Below the pieces are notes generated by a model. It was not told the DNA's origin. It ran no database searches and saw only the letters and a program-made list of their open reading frames with translations. From a bacterium (lineage in GTDB: Bacteria > Patescibacteriota > Patescibacteriia > Veblenbacterales > UBA10138): a stretch of DNA of 55,726 nucleotides. The stretch spans positions 1-55,726 of the forward strand of contig JAGVEX010000016.1 in the NCBI GenBank assembly GCA_020057885.1, given 5' to 3'. Position numbers and translations under genes: made by a program. This document shows, in pieces, positions 35,937 through 45,055 of this stretch. The first letter of the stretch is position 1; the number at the start of each line of letters is the position of its first letter.

Positions 35937-36638
35937 ATGGCCTTGCAGCAAAATCAAATAGAACAATTAAAGAAGTATATTTCTGATTCTTTTCTTGCTG
36001 GTCAGAATAAGGAACAAATTAGGACAAATTTACGCACCGCTGGTTGGGAAGATATTGATATTGATTTAGTATTTGATGATAAAAACCCTAAGAGATCGGG
36101 GAAAAAATATTATTTTGGTATGACTGGGAGAACTTTCTTACTTTTTATTGCTATCGTATTATTTTTCATGTTAGGGAGTTTTTCTACACCAAATAATTAT
36201 CAAATATTTAATGTTATTTCATTGATTTTTTCTAGTATTTTTTTGGTTGTAGCTTCTTATGTAGTGGTGAAATTATTACGTTCAACTTTACCTAATTTTA
36301 GTTTGCTAAAAACTAAAAAGGGGTTGCTATACTTGCTTAGCCAATTGTTGCCAAGCCTTATTTCATTGTTTTTGATTAGAGTGTTTGGTGAAATCGTGAG
36401 TGAGAATTTTTGGATTCACGTTTTTCCTGGAGATATACTAGGTATAGGGCCAATATTTGTTATTTTAATTGGTAATCTGCTTTTTTCTATGATGATTGTT
36501 GGAATATTAAACAGGTTGTGGACAGTATCACTACCAGAGGTCAGATCAACAAAGTGGTTTTGGACCATGGTGTTATTAGAAAATTGTTTATTTTATGGTT
36601 TTGTTGTGACTGCTTCATATTTGAATATTTATATTTAG
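35937..36638 (+). CDS. Hypothetical membrane protein between the alpha and beta subunits
   Basis: N-terminal helical segment (LKKYI...G...I...L...GW...DI) plus about 5 TM segments; AT-rich. Confidence 0.7.
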   Translation: MALQQNQIEQLKKYISDSFLAGQNKEQIRTNLRTAGWEDIDIDLVFDDKNPKRSGKKYYFGMTGRTFLLFIAIVLFFMLGSFSTPNNYQIFNVISLIFSSIFLVVASYVVVKLLRSTLPNFSLLKTKKGLLYLLSQLLPSLISLFLIRVFGEIVSENFWIHVFPGDILGIGPIFVILIGNLLFSMMIVGILNRLWTVSLPEVRSTKWFWTMVLLENCLFYGFVVTASYLNIYI

Positions 36639-36642
36639 TGTT

Positions 36643-37530
36643 ATGTCCACCACCAAAGATTTTGAAACTAAACAATTTCCCACCTGGTGCCCCGGGTGCG
36701 GTGATTTTGGTATTTGGACAGCCTTAAAAAACGCTTTTGTAGCGCAAGGGCTGGAACCACATCAGATTGTGACTGTTTTTGGTATTGGCTGTTCTGGCAA
36801 CATGGCATCTTTTCTTAATACTTATGGTTTTCACGGGCTTCATGGTCGCAGTATTCCAGCAGCTACTGCTATTAAACTGGCTAATAATAAATTACAAGTA
36901 GTGACTGTAGGGGGTGATGGCGATGGTTATGGCATTGGTTTAGGGCATACTATTCACGCTATGCGCCGAAATGTGGATATGACTTATGTGGTGCACGATA
37001 ACCAAATTTATGGGCTTACCAAAGGCCAAGCCTCGCCAACATCAGAAAAAGGCGTTACCACCAAATCCACGCCGTTTGGTTTAATAGAAACTCCACTTGA
37101 TCCAATTGCTATGGCTATAAGCGTTGGCGCAACTTATGTGGCGCGCGGTTTTGCCGGCAACACCAAACAACTAACAGAACTTATTGTGGGCGCTATGAAA
37201 CATAAAGGTTTTGCCTTGGTTGATGTATTACAACCATGCGTAACTTTTAATCATCATAATACATTCCACTGGTTTTATGATCGGGTTTATGAATTAGAAA
37301 AAGAAGGCCATAATCCAAAAGATAAACAAGCCGCTTGGACGCGTGCTATGGAATGGCCCACGCCACTAAAAATTGACGAGAGCAGGGTAGACAAAATTCC
37401 CACGGGATTGTTCTATGTGGAGGACCGAGCAACCTACGAAGATGAATTGCCACAGATAGCAGAGAAGCCGTTAGTAGAGCACCCACTTGATAATATCGAC
37501 ATTACTCCTTTAATGGAAACCCTGAGTTAG
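36643..37530 (+). CDS. 2-oxoacid:ferredoxin oxidoreductase beta subunit
   Basis: WCPGCGD, GIGCS, HGR, GDGD TPP motif, YGLTKGQASPT and QPCVTFN. Confidence 0.95.
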   Translation: MSTTKDFETKQFPTWCPGCGDFGIWTALKNAFVAQGLEPHQIVTVFGIGCSGNMASFLNTYGFHGLHGRSIPAATAIKLANNKLQVVTVGGDGDGYGIGLGHTIHAMRRNVDMTYVVHDNQIYGLTKGQASPTSEKGVTTKSTPFGLIETPLDPIAMAISVGATYVARGFAGNTKQLTELIVGAMKHKGFALVDVLQPCVTFNHHNTFHWFYDRVYELEKEGHNPKDKQAAWTRAMEWPTPLKIDESRVDKIPTGLFYVEDRATYEDELPQIAEKPLVEHPLDNIDITPLMETLS

Positions 37531-37552
37531 TTTGGAAATTTTATACAAATGG

Positions 37553-37585
37553 AAAAGGAGAGCCTGCAATTTGAGCTCTCCTTTT
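37553..37585. terminator. Bidirectional terminator
   Basis: aaaaggagagc/gctctcctttt. Confidence 0.75.
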
Positions 37586-37853
37586 AGTATAATTTTTGAT
37601 TTTTTTCTTTAGGCAGGCGTGCCAGCAGTGAAAAAAGCCATACGACCAACGTGGTTATTAAAACTTGAGCAATTTTTTCGCTCCAACTTGGCACTTCAAT
37701 ACCGCCTGTTAAACCGCCGGCAATCACACCGCAAATTATAAATCCCCATCTAATTCGGGGATATTTATTAGCAAAGAAAACTATCAGATAATAAATCGAG
37801 GTGAATACGGCGGAAAATATTATATTAGCAATGTTAAATACTGTAAGGTTCAT
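37584..37853 (-). CDS. Hypothetical 3-TM protein (orphan cassette)
   Basis: SD GAGG; TTGACA at 37917-37912. Confidence 0.6.
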   Translation of the reverse strand: MNLTVFNIANIIFSAVFTSIYYLIVFFANKYPRIRWGFIICGVIAGGLTGGIEVPSWSEKIAQVLITTLVVWLFSLLARLPKEKNQKLY

Positions 37854-37945
37854 TTTTTCCTCTTTGATTAGTTGTTTTGATTTTATATAACCTTAATACA
37901 AATACAGCTTTTGTCAAGCCTTGGTTTTTCCAGTAAAATAGATTT

Positions 37946-39673
37946 GTGATTACTAAAAATTGGCAAATAGCCGAGTTAATTAATAAAGATGTTTTAGGGT
38001 CGTGGCCGGAAATCGACCCCGTTTTGTTGCAGCTTTTGTGGAACAGGAATATTCGTACCCAAGAAGCGATTGATGAATTTTTAAATCCCGATTGGAGCCA
38101 GGATGTGCACGATCCGTACTTGTTTAGAGATATGAAAAAGGCAGTAGAGCGAATTTATGAAGCTGTTGGCGCCAAGCAAAAAATAGGTATTTTTGGCGAT
38201 TATGATGCCGATGGCGTTTCGGCCGCGGTAATGCTGGCCACTACGCTAAAAAAATTAGGCGCTATTCCGGAAGTTTATTTGCCTCATCGCGAGCGCGAGG
38301 GGTATGGAATAAATAATGAGGCTATTAAATATTTAGCAGATAAGGGCGTTGAACTTCTCATAACTTGTGATTGTGGTATTGCCAACGTAAGCCAAGTAGC
38401 TTATGCGAATAGTTTGGGTTTAGTGCTAATTATCACTGATCATCACCAACAGCAAGCTGAATTACCGCCAGCTTACGCTATTTTACATTGCGGGTTGGAG
38501 GACGAAACATATCCTTTTAAATATCTCTCGGGCGGGGGAGTAGCTTTTAAATTGGTGCAGGGATTATTGCGCTACGAAGGTTGCCACTTGAGTAAACAGG
38601 AGGGTGAAGCTTGGGAAAAATGGTTGCTGGATTTAGTGGCAATTTCCACTGTTGCCGATATGGTGCGCTTAGTTGGTGAGAATCGTACTTTAGCTCTTTA
38701 TGGTCTTAAAGTATTGTGTAAAACACGCCGGTTGGGTTTGCGTAAAATAATAGAGGTTGCTGGTTTGAGATTTGATAATTTGGGTACTTACTCTATAGGT
38801 TTTCAAATAGCGCCACGCATAAATGCTGCTGGACGTATGGATCATGCCAACGCGGCTTATGCTTTGCTTGTTTCGGAAAATGCCACTGAGGCAGAGGAGC
38901 TGGCGCGGGCGCTTAATTTAACAAATTCGGAAAGGCAAAAAGTAACAGAAGAAATGCTGCAAACCGCTCGTTTGCAAATTGGTGAATTAAAACCGGAACA
39001 ATATTTCGTGCACGCTTTTGAACCTTCGTGGCAGCTTGGTATTGTTGGTTTGGTGGCTGGTAAATTGGTGCAGGAATACAATAGGCCGGCTTTAGCAATG
39101 TGTCAGATAGGGGATAAAATTTGCGGTTCAGGGCGAAGTGGCGTGGGGAATTTTGATTTAGCCGCCGCGCTTAAAGAGTGTCAGGAACATCTTATAACTT
39201 GGGGCGGGCACAAAGAAGCGGCTGGTTTTTCACTGGGTAAAGACAAATTAGAAGAGTTTTTAAAAGCTTTTACCAAAATAGTCAAACGTGAATTAAAAGG
39301 GATTAATCTGGCGCCAATATTGAATATTGATTTACCATTAAAATTAAATCAAGTGGATTGGTCGCTTTATGAACAGGTTGAAAAAATGGAACCTATTGGG
39401 CAACTTAACCCAACACCTAAATTTGTATCTTATGGTCTAAATGTAGCCGGGTTAATACCAGTTGGTAGTACAGGTCAGCATTTGCGATTAGTGCTGGAAG
39501 GCGACGGCTTAAGCCGTAAATTTATTTTATTTAGACAGGGTGACGCGAGCACGCAATTTAGAATAGGTGACGCAGTTGATGTAGTATATGAAGTGGGGGT
39601 AAACGAATGGAATGGCAATAGAGAGTTGGAGCTTAAGCTAGTTGATATTAAACTAAGTAAGGATAAAGAGTAA
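37946..39673 (+). CDS. recJ: ssDNA exonuclease RecJ
   Basis: GDYDADG, TCDCG, DHH, PRINAAGR and GGHKEAAG. Confidence 0.97.
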   Translation: MITKNWQIAELINKDVLGSWPEIDPVLLQLLWNRNIRTQEAIDEFLNPDWSQDVHDPYLFRDMKKAVERIYEAVGAKQKIGIFGDYDADGVSAAVMLATTLKKLGAIPEVYLPHREREGYGINNEAIKYLADKGVELLITCDCGIANVSQVAYANSLGLVLIITDHHQQQAELPPAYAILHCGLEDETYPFKYLSGGGVAFKLVQGLLRYEGCHLSKQEGEAWEKWLLDLVAISTVADMVRLVGENRTLALYGLKVLCKTRRLGLRKIIEVAGLRFDNLGTYSIGFQIAPRINAAGRMDHANAAYALLVSENATEAEELARALNLTNSERQKVTEEMLQTARLQIGELKPEQYFVHAFEPSWQLGIVGLVAGKLVQEYNRPALAMCQIGDKICGSGRSGVGNFDLAAALKECQEHLITWGGHKEAAGFSLGKDKLEEFLKAFTKIVKRELKGINLAPILNIDLPLKLNQVDWSLYEQVEKMEPIGQLNPTPKFVSYGLNVAGLIPVGSTGQHLRLVLEGDGLSRKFILFRQGDASTQFRIGDAVDVVYEVGVNEWNGNRELELKLVDIKLSKDKE

Positions 39674-39683
39674 ATATTATTTT

Positions 39684-40088
39684 ATGTCTAAAATTATTAT
39701 TTTAAGAACAGATGGCGGAGCACGCGGTAACCCTGGTCCGGCGGCTATTGGCGTGGTGTTGGAAGATGAACAAAAAAAAGTTATTAAAGAATTTGGCCGT
39801 TATATTGGCGAAACCACAAATAATCAGGCCGAGTATCAAGCTTTGTTAGCAGGCCTTACTGAGGCGCATAAATTGGGCGCAGAAGAGGTTTATTGTTATT
39901 TAGATAGTGAATTGGTGGTAAAACAGCTTAAGAGGGAATATAAGGTTAAAGATAAAGAATTGGCTCCGCTTTTTATTAAAATTTGGAACTTGAGCCAAAA
40001 TTTTAAAAAAATTTCTTATCATCATATACCGCGCGAGCAAAATAAGCACGCTGATATGTTGGTAAACAAAGCGCTTGATAATAATTAA
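39684..40088 (+). CDS. rnhA: Ribonuclease HI
   Basis: DGGARGNPG, TNNQAEY, DSELVV and REQNKHAD. Confidence 0.93.
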   Translation: MSKIIILRTDGGARGNPGPAAIGVVLEDEQKKVIKEFGRYIGETTNNQAEYQALLAGLTEAHKLGAEEVYCYLDSELVVKQLKREYKVKDKELAPLFIKIWNLSQNFKKISYHHIPREQNKHADMLVNKALDNN

Positions 40089-40098
40089 TTAAAATTCT

Positions 40099-40536
40099 AT
40101 GAGCGAAAAAGGCATTACTGGCGGGGGAGCTGGAGTAATGGTTATTAAAGAAGGTAAAGTATTGTTGGGTTTGAGAAATTCCGATCCAACTAAAGCGGAT
40201 AGCGCTCTTCATGGCGAGGGTAATTGGACAATGCCTGGCGGCAAAATACGTTTTGGTGACACCTTCGAGCAAACAGCTTCACGCGAGTTAACAGAGGAAA
40301 CTGGTTTAGTAGGCAATAGTTTTAAGGTTTTTTCAGTATCAAACGATAAAGTTCCAGACGCTCATTTTATTACTGTAGGTTTATTGTGCGATGATTTTAA
40401 TGGAGAACCTAAAGTTATGGAGCCAGACGAGATTGTTGAATGGCGTTGGTGGAATATAGATAAACTGCCGAGCAATATTTTTCCACCAAGCAGAATAATG
40501 GCAGATAATTATTTGAGCGGTAAAATGTATCATTAA
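40099..40536 (+). CDS. Nudix hydrolase (MutT/NUDT15-like)
   Basis: PGG...RELTEETGL and EPDEIVEWRW. Confidence 0.9.
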   Translation: MSEKGITGGGAGVMVIKEGKVLLGLRNSDPTKADSALHGEGNWTMPGGKIRFGDTFEQTASRELTEETGLVGNSFKVFSVSNDKVPDAHFITVGLLCDDFNGEPKVMEPDEIVEWRWWNIDKLPSNIFPPSRIMADNYLSGKMYH

Positions 40537-40546
40537 TTTTGGAAGT

Positions 40547-41104
40547 ATGAAAATTCCACCACAAGCCAAAAGAGTTTTTAAAGGAGTTATTTTTGATGTG
40601 TATCAATGGGAACAGGAGATGTTTGACGGTTCTAAGGTAATTTTTGAAAAAATCAAACGCCCTTATACTGTTGAAGTTATCCCGGTGTACGAAGGTAAGA
40701 TATTGGTTGCTTTACAAGAACAGCCAACTCGTCCGTTGAGTTATTCTTTATTTGGCGGCAGAGTTGATGAAGGAGAGGACGAATTAAGTGCAGCCAAACG
40801 TGAACTCTTAGAGGAAGCTGGTTTAGCTTCGGAAGATTGGGAATTATTTAAAATAGACGACCCTAGTTCCAAAATAGATTGGAAAGTTTATTATTTTATT
40901 GCGCGTAATTGTAAGAAAACAGCCGAACAAAAACTTGATGCCGGTGAAAAAATACAAATTAAAACAATGTCTTTTGATGAATTTATAAATTTAATGTCGT
41001 CTGGCGAAACCCATGATAATCAGTTAGTAGCCGATATTTTGAGAATGAAACTAGAACCGAGTAAGTTGGAAGAATTTAAGAAAAAATTATTTAAAAATAT
41101 ATGA
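40547..41104 (+). CDS. Nudix hydrolase (ADP-ribose pyrophosphatase-like)
   Basis: GGRVDEGEDELSAAKRELLEEAG and LDAGE. Confidence 0.9.
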   Translation: MKIPPQAKRVFKGVIFDVYQWEQEMFDGSKVIFEKIKRPYTVEVIPVYEGKILVALQEQPTRPLSYSLFGGRVDEGEDELSAAKRELLEEAGLASEDWELFKIDDPSSKIDWKVYYFIARNCKKTAEQKLDAGEKIQIKTMSFDEFINLMSSGETHDNQLVADILRMKLEPSKLEEFKKKLFKNI

Positions 41105-41874
41105 ATTATAAAAATAAAATTTTGCCAATTATACGACAAACGCGGGCGATTTCTTTGTCTAAATATGGTGTTGATAAAATTATTAGGCAAAAAGGTCAAT
41201 CACAAGTTGATGTGGTTACAGAGGTTGATATTAAAATTGAAAAGCTTTTAAAAAACAAGTTAAAAATTTTATATCCCGATATAGAATTTGTTGGGGAAGA
41301 GTTGGGTGGAAATAGAAAATCAAGCCGTTTTTGGTTAGTTGATCCAATTGACGGTACCGGCCATTATATAAGAGGTTTGCCGTTTTGTACCACAATGCTA
41401 GCTTTGATTGACAAAGGAAAACCGGTTTTTTCCGTAATTTATGATTTTGTAAAAGATGAGGTTTATTGGGCGCAGAGCGGTGGTGGAGCATTTTGCAATA
41501 AAACAAGAATCGGGGTAAGTAATAGGAAGCCTCAGAAATCTTATATTGCCTGTGAAACTCATCTTGCTAAACCGGCTAATATTAAAATTCTTAATTCTCT
41601 GGAAAAGAAAATGGCCATTATGAGCACTATTAGTTCTGGTTGGGAGCATGCCATGGTCGCCACTGGAAAGTTAGACGCCAGAATATGTTTTGACCCCTAT
41701 GGCTGTGATTATGATTATGCTCCAGGTGCCTTGCTTATAGCAGAGGCCGGTGGTATTGTTCGAAATCTTTATTCTAATAAGTACGATTATCGTAATGTTA
41801 ATTTTATTGCAGCGGCTCCAGCTATTTATAAAGAATTAACTAAAGGCCCAAGTGCCATATTTCCAGTTAAATAA
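41101..41874 (+). CDS. Inositol monophosphatase-family protein
   Basis: VTEVD, GEE, DPIDGT and DYAPGALLIAEAGG. Confidence 0.9.
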   Translation: MNYKNKILPIIRQTRAISLSKYGVDKIIRQKGQSQVDVVTEVDIKIEKLLKNKLKILYPDIEFVGEELGGNRKSSRFWLVDPIDGTGHYIRGLPFCTTMLALIDKGKPVFSVIYDFVKDEVYWAQSGGGAFCNKTRIGVSNRKPQKSYIACETHLAKPANIKILNSLEKKMAIMSTISSGWEHAMVATGKLDARICFDPYGCDYDYAPGALLIAEAGGIVRNLYSNKYDYRNVNFIAAAPAIYKELTKGPSAIFPVK

Positions 41875-41890
41875 AAATTTTATAGATAAA

Positions 41891-41922
41891 CAAAAACTTC
41901 GGGGTTGAACCCGAAGTTTTTG
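41891..41922. terminator. Bidirectional terminator
   Basis: caaaaacttcggg/cccgaagtttttg. Confidence 0.8.
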
Positions 41923-41935
41923 ATGTTTAATTTGC

Positions 41936-42408
41936 CAGATAAACCAATAAGCCGAATTTTGTATTCCGATTTGCATCGGAACAGCGACTATCTATCTTGT
42001 TCCTAATTCGCATTAGGACTCTAGCTACCAACCCGTCCCGCCTAGCGGGACCTACTTGGTATTGCACCGGGTAGAGTTTGCCTAGCCCTCCAAATCACTT
42101 TGGAAGCTGGTGAGCTCTTACTTTACCCGCCGAAGCGAGCTATCCCGCGCGTAGGCGGGCTCACCGTTTCACCCATCACCCCGTAAAATTAATTTTGCAA
42201 TTAATCACGTGGCTGGTTTATTTTCTGTTGTACTTGTCCTGCGGCCTTGTTACCAAGGCCAACGGCTCCTGTTAGGAGCTACCCCTCCCTAAAAGCGGGA
42301 GCGCTATGGTGTTCGGACTTTCCTCCCCTCGACAAGCTCGGGGTAAACCCCAAAGTATATTAGGGTTTGTCTTGAGCTTGCCGAAAGGCAATCGCCTAGA
42401 TTTACCTA
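41936..42408 (-). ncRNA. rnpB: RNase P RNA (ends approximate)
   Basis: The minus strand has GAGGAAAGUCC, GGGUGAAACGG, GGCAAACUC and 3' ACAAAAUUCGGCUUAU. P1 pairing is seen, with TTGACT upstream (42444-42439). Confidence 0.95.
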
Positions 42409-42581
42409 GCGTTATTAACCTAGCATAAACTCGCAAAAAGTCAAGTGTATGCGCTATACTATAGTTTGTATCACCCAATAACTTAATTTAGCGTCTATAT
42501 TAGACAATTAATGCTATTGGGTTTAAAATACCAATCGATTTTGGCCTATATTAGTAGTTTTAACGAATTTTATTATTGAGT

Positions 42582-43958
42582 ATGAAACGATCGCAATTAG
42601 TCCTTTCTACCATAGCATTACCGCTTGATTATTTAATGTTGCTTTTAGCCGGTTTATTGGCTTATCAGTTACGTTTTGTGACCTTTATTCGCGATATTAA
42701 GCCAATTGTTTTTCAATTGCCACTGCATAATTTTATTCCAATATTGTTGATAATGTCGGTGATTTGGATAGTTCTTTTTGCGGTGGCTGGTTTATACACC
42801 TTGCGTTCTTATTTAAAATTTTCTAAAGAAGTATCAAGATTGTTTTTGGGTTGTTCTGCCGGACTCGCTTTGATTATTGTATTATTCTTTTTTAATCCAT
42901 TTTTATTTAATTCCCGTTTTATTGTTTTAGCTGGTTGGTTACTGGCTTTTGTTTTAACTACTATTGGTCGTTTGGTTTTAAGATTAGTACGCGCAAGTTT
43001 ATATCGTCGCAATATAGCGACTACCAAAATTCTTTTGGTGGGTAACGATCAAGCCACCTTGGTTTTAGAAAATCTTTTTAAACAATCGCCTGGTTTAGGT
43101 TTTAGAATAATCTCTCGCGTTGATTCGTTACCAGTCGACAAACTCGACGATTATACCTTTGGTGTAGACGAAGTAATTGTGGGCGATCCAACTTTATCGC
43201 GTGAGGCTAATTTGAATATTTTAGAATATTGCGTTACACATCATTTAGGCTTTAAATATGTGGCAGATATGTTTGAAGCTCAATCGCACAATGTGGTAAT
43301 ACATACCTTTGCTGGTATGCCGTTAGTGGAAATTAAACGTACACCACTTGATGGTTGGGGCAGGGTGGCAAAGAGAATATTTGATTTAGTGTTGTCTTTT
43401 TTTCTGCTAATAATATTATTACCAATATTTTTTATTATTACCGTGTTAATATATTTAGATTCAAGTGGGACGGCTATAGTAGCGCTCGAACGAGTGGGGG
43501 AGCACGGTAAAAAATTCCGTTTGTATAAATTCCGTTCCATGATTTGCGGCGCGGAAAAATTAAAGGATCAGCTAATGCCATATAATGAACGTGCCGATGG
43601 CCCTTTATTTAAAATGACAAATGATCCCAGGGTTACTAAATTTGGCCGCATTTTACGCCGTACCTCGCTCGATGAATTGCCACAGTTGTGGAATGTTATA
43701 AGGGGTGAAATGTCGCTGGTCGGTCCGCGTCCCCACGAGCCGCGGGAAGTTGAAAAATACAAACAACATCATCATAAATTGCTTAATTTAAAATCTGGTA
43801 TGACCGGTTTGGCGCAAATTTCCGGGCGCTCTAATTTGAATTTTGAAGACGAGGCTAAATTGGATATGTTCTATATAGAAAACTGGTCACTGGGGCAGGA
43901 TATTGTTATTTTGGTGAAAACTATTATAGTAGTGTTACAGCGTAAATCAGTTTCATAA
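42582..43958 (+). CDS. Polyprenyl-phosphate glycosylphosphotransferase (WcaJ/WbaP-like sugar transferase)
   Basis: Four plus one TM segments; KRIFD, KFRSM, DPRVT, SLDELPQ, SLVGPRP and GMTGLAQ. Confidence 0.93.
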   Translation: MKRSQLVLSTIALPLDYLMLLLAGLLAYQLRFVTFIRDIKPIVFQLPLHNFIPILLIMSVIWIVLFAVAGLYTLRSYLKFSKEVSRLFLGCSAGLALIIVLFFFNPFLFNSRFIVLAGWLLAFVLTTIGRLVLRLVRASLYRRNIATTKILLVGNDQATLVLENLFKQSPGLGFRIISRVDSLPVDKLDDYTFGVDEVIVGDPTLSREANLNILEYCVTHHLGFKYVADMFEAQSHNVVIHTFAGMPLVEIKRTPLDGWGRVAKRIFDLVLSFFLLIILLPIFFIITVLIYLDSSGTAIVALERVGEHGKKFRLYKFRSMICGAEKLKDQLMPYNERADGPLFKMTNDPRVTKFGRILRRTSLDELPQLWNVIRGEMSLVGPRPHEPREVEKYKQHHHKLLNLKSGMTGLAQISGRSNLNFEDEAKLDMFYIENWSLGQDIVILVKTIIVVLQRKSVS

Positions 43959-43968
43959 TTTGCATATT

Positions 43969-45054
43969 ATGCGTGTTGCTTTAGCTCATGATCATTTAAA
44001 TCAAATAGGCGGTGCCGAGCAGGTGCTGGCGGAGTTTCACAAACTTTATCCAACCGCGCCGGTTTTTACCTTGCTTTATGATCGCGCAGTGGTGGGTAAA
44101 TTTTGTGATGATTGGAATATAAAAACTTCTTTTGTGGAGAGGTTGCCTGGCGGCGCGCGATTTTTTAAATGGTATCTTTGGTTAATGCCAACTGCCGTGG
44201 AACAATTTGATTTTACTAATTTCGATACAGTGATAAGTTCAGCCTCGGCGCTTATTAAAGGCATAGTGGTAAAACCGGCTACCACACATATCTGCTATTG
44301 CCACACTCCCACCAGATATTTGTGGAGTGATACTCATCAATATACTTCCGACTTACCACAGCCGCGTTGGGTAAAAAAAATATTGCCAATTTTACTCACT
44401 CGTCTTAGACAGTGGGATTTTGTGGCGGCTCAGCGTGTTGATTATTTTGTAGCTAATTCAAAATTTGTAGCGAAACGCATTGCTAAATATTACCGTCGTG
44501 AATCCGAAGTTATTTACCCGCCAGTTAAGGTATCTAATTTTAAAAATTTAGCTGAACCAGAAGATTATTATTTGATTATTTCTCGCCTGAGACCATACAA
44601 ACGAGTTGATTTGGCAATTCGCGCTTTTAATAAATTAGGCATCCCTTTGCGTGTTATTGGCACCGGTGAACAAGAAGCTGAACTAAAAGCTTTAGCAAAA
44701 CCGCATATTACTTTTTTGGGTCAAGTTTCCGAAGAGGAAAAGGCACGTCAATTGGCGCATTGTCGGGCGCTCATTCATCCCCAAGAAGAAGATTTTGGCA
44801 TTACAGCGGTGGAGGCTATGGCCTCCGGCAGACCAGTAATTGCTTATGGAGCAGGCGGAGCCATAGAAACAGTGCAAGATGGAATTACTGGTAAATTATT
44901 CATCGAACAAAGTTGGGAGGCTCTCGCTGATACTGTAATACGTTTCCGTTATGAAAAATTTGATCCAATTAAAATTCAAGCCGAGGTTCAAAAATTTTCT
45001 CAGGAGCATTTTGATGAAAAATGGCAAAGTTATGTTAAAAAAGTAACAGCCTAA
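43969..45054 (+). CDS. Glycosyltransferase family 4
   Basis: GGAE, YCHTP and EDFGITAVEAMASG. Confidence 0.92.
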   Translation: MRVALAHDHLNQIGGAEQVLAEFHKLYPTAPVFTLLYDRAVVGKFCDDWNIKTSFVERLPGGARFFKWYLWLMPTAVEQFDFTNFDTVISSASALIKGIVVKPATTHICYCHTPTRYLWSDTHQYTSDLPQPRWVKKILPILLTRLRQWDFVAAQRVDYFVANSKFVAKRIAKYYRRESEVIYPPVKVSNFKNLAEPEDYYLIISRLRPYKRVDLAIRAFNKLGIPLRVIGTGEQEAELKALAKPHITFLGQVSEEEKARQLAHCRALIHPQEEDFGITAVEAMASGRPVIAYGAGGAIETVQDGITGKLFIEQSWEALADTVIRFRYEKFDPIKIQAEVQKFSQEHFDEKWQSYVKKVTA

Positions 45055-45055
45055 T

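Noticed and set aside
37350-37395. Extra ~11 residues in the oxidoreductase beta subunit (PTPLKIDESRV)
   Set aside because: No convincing palindrome or match to the repeat cores, so it is not counted as a hairpin insertion.
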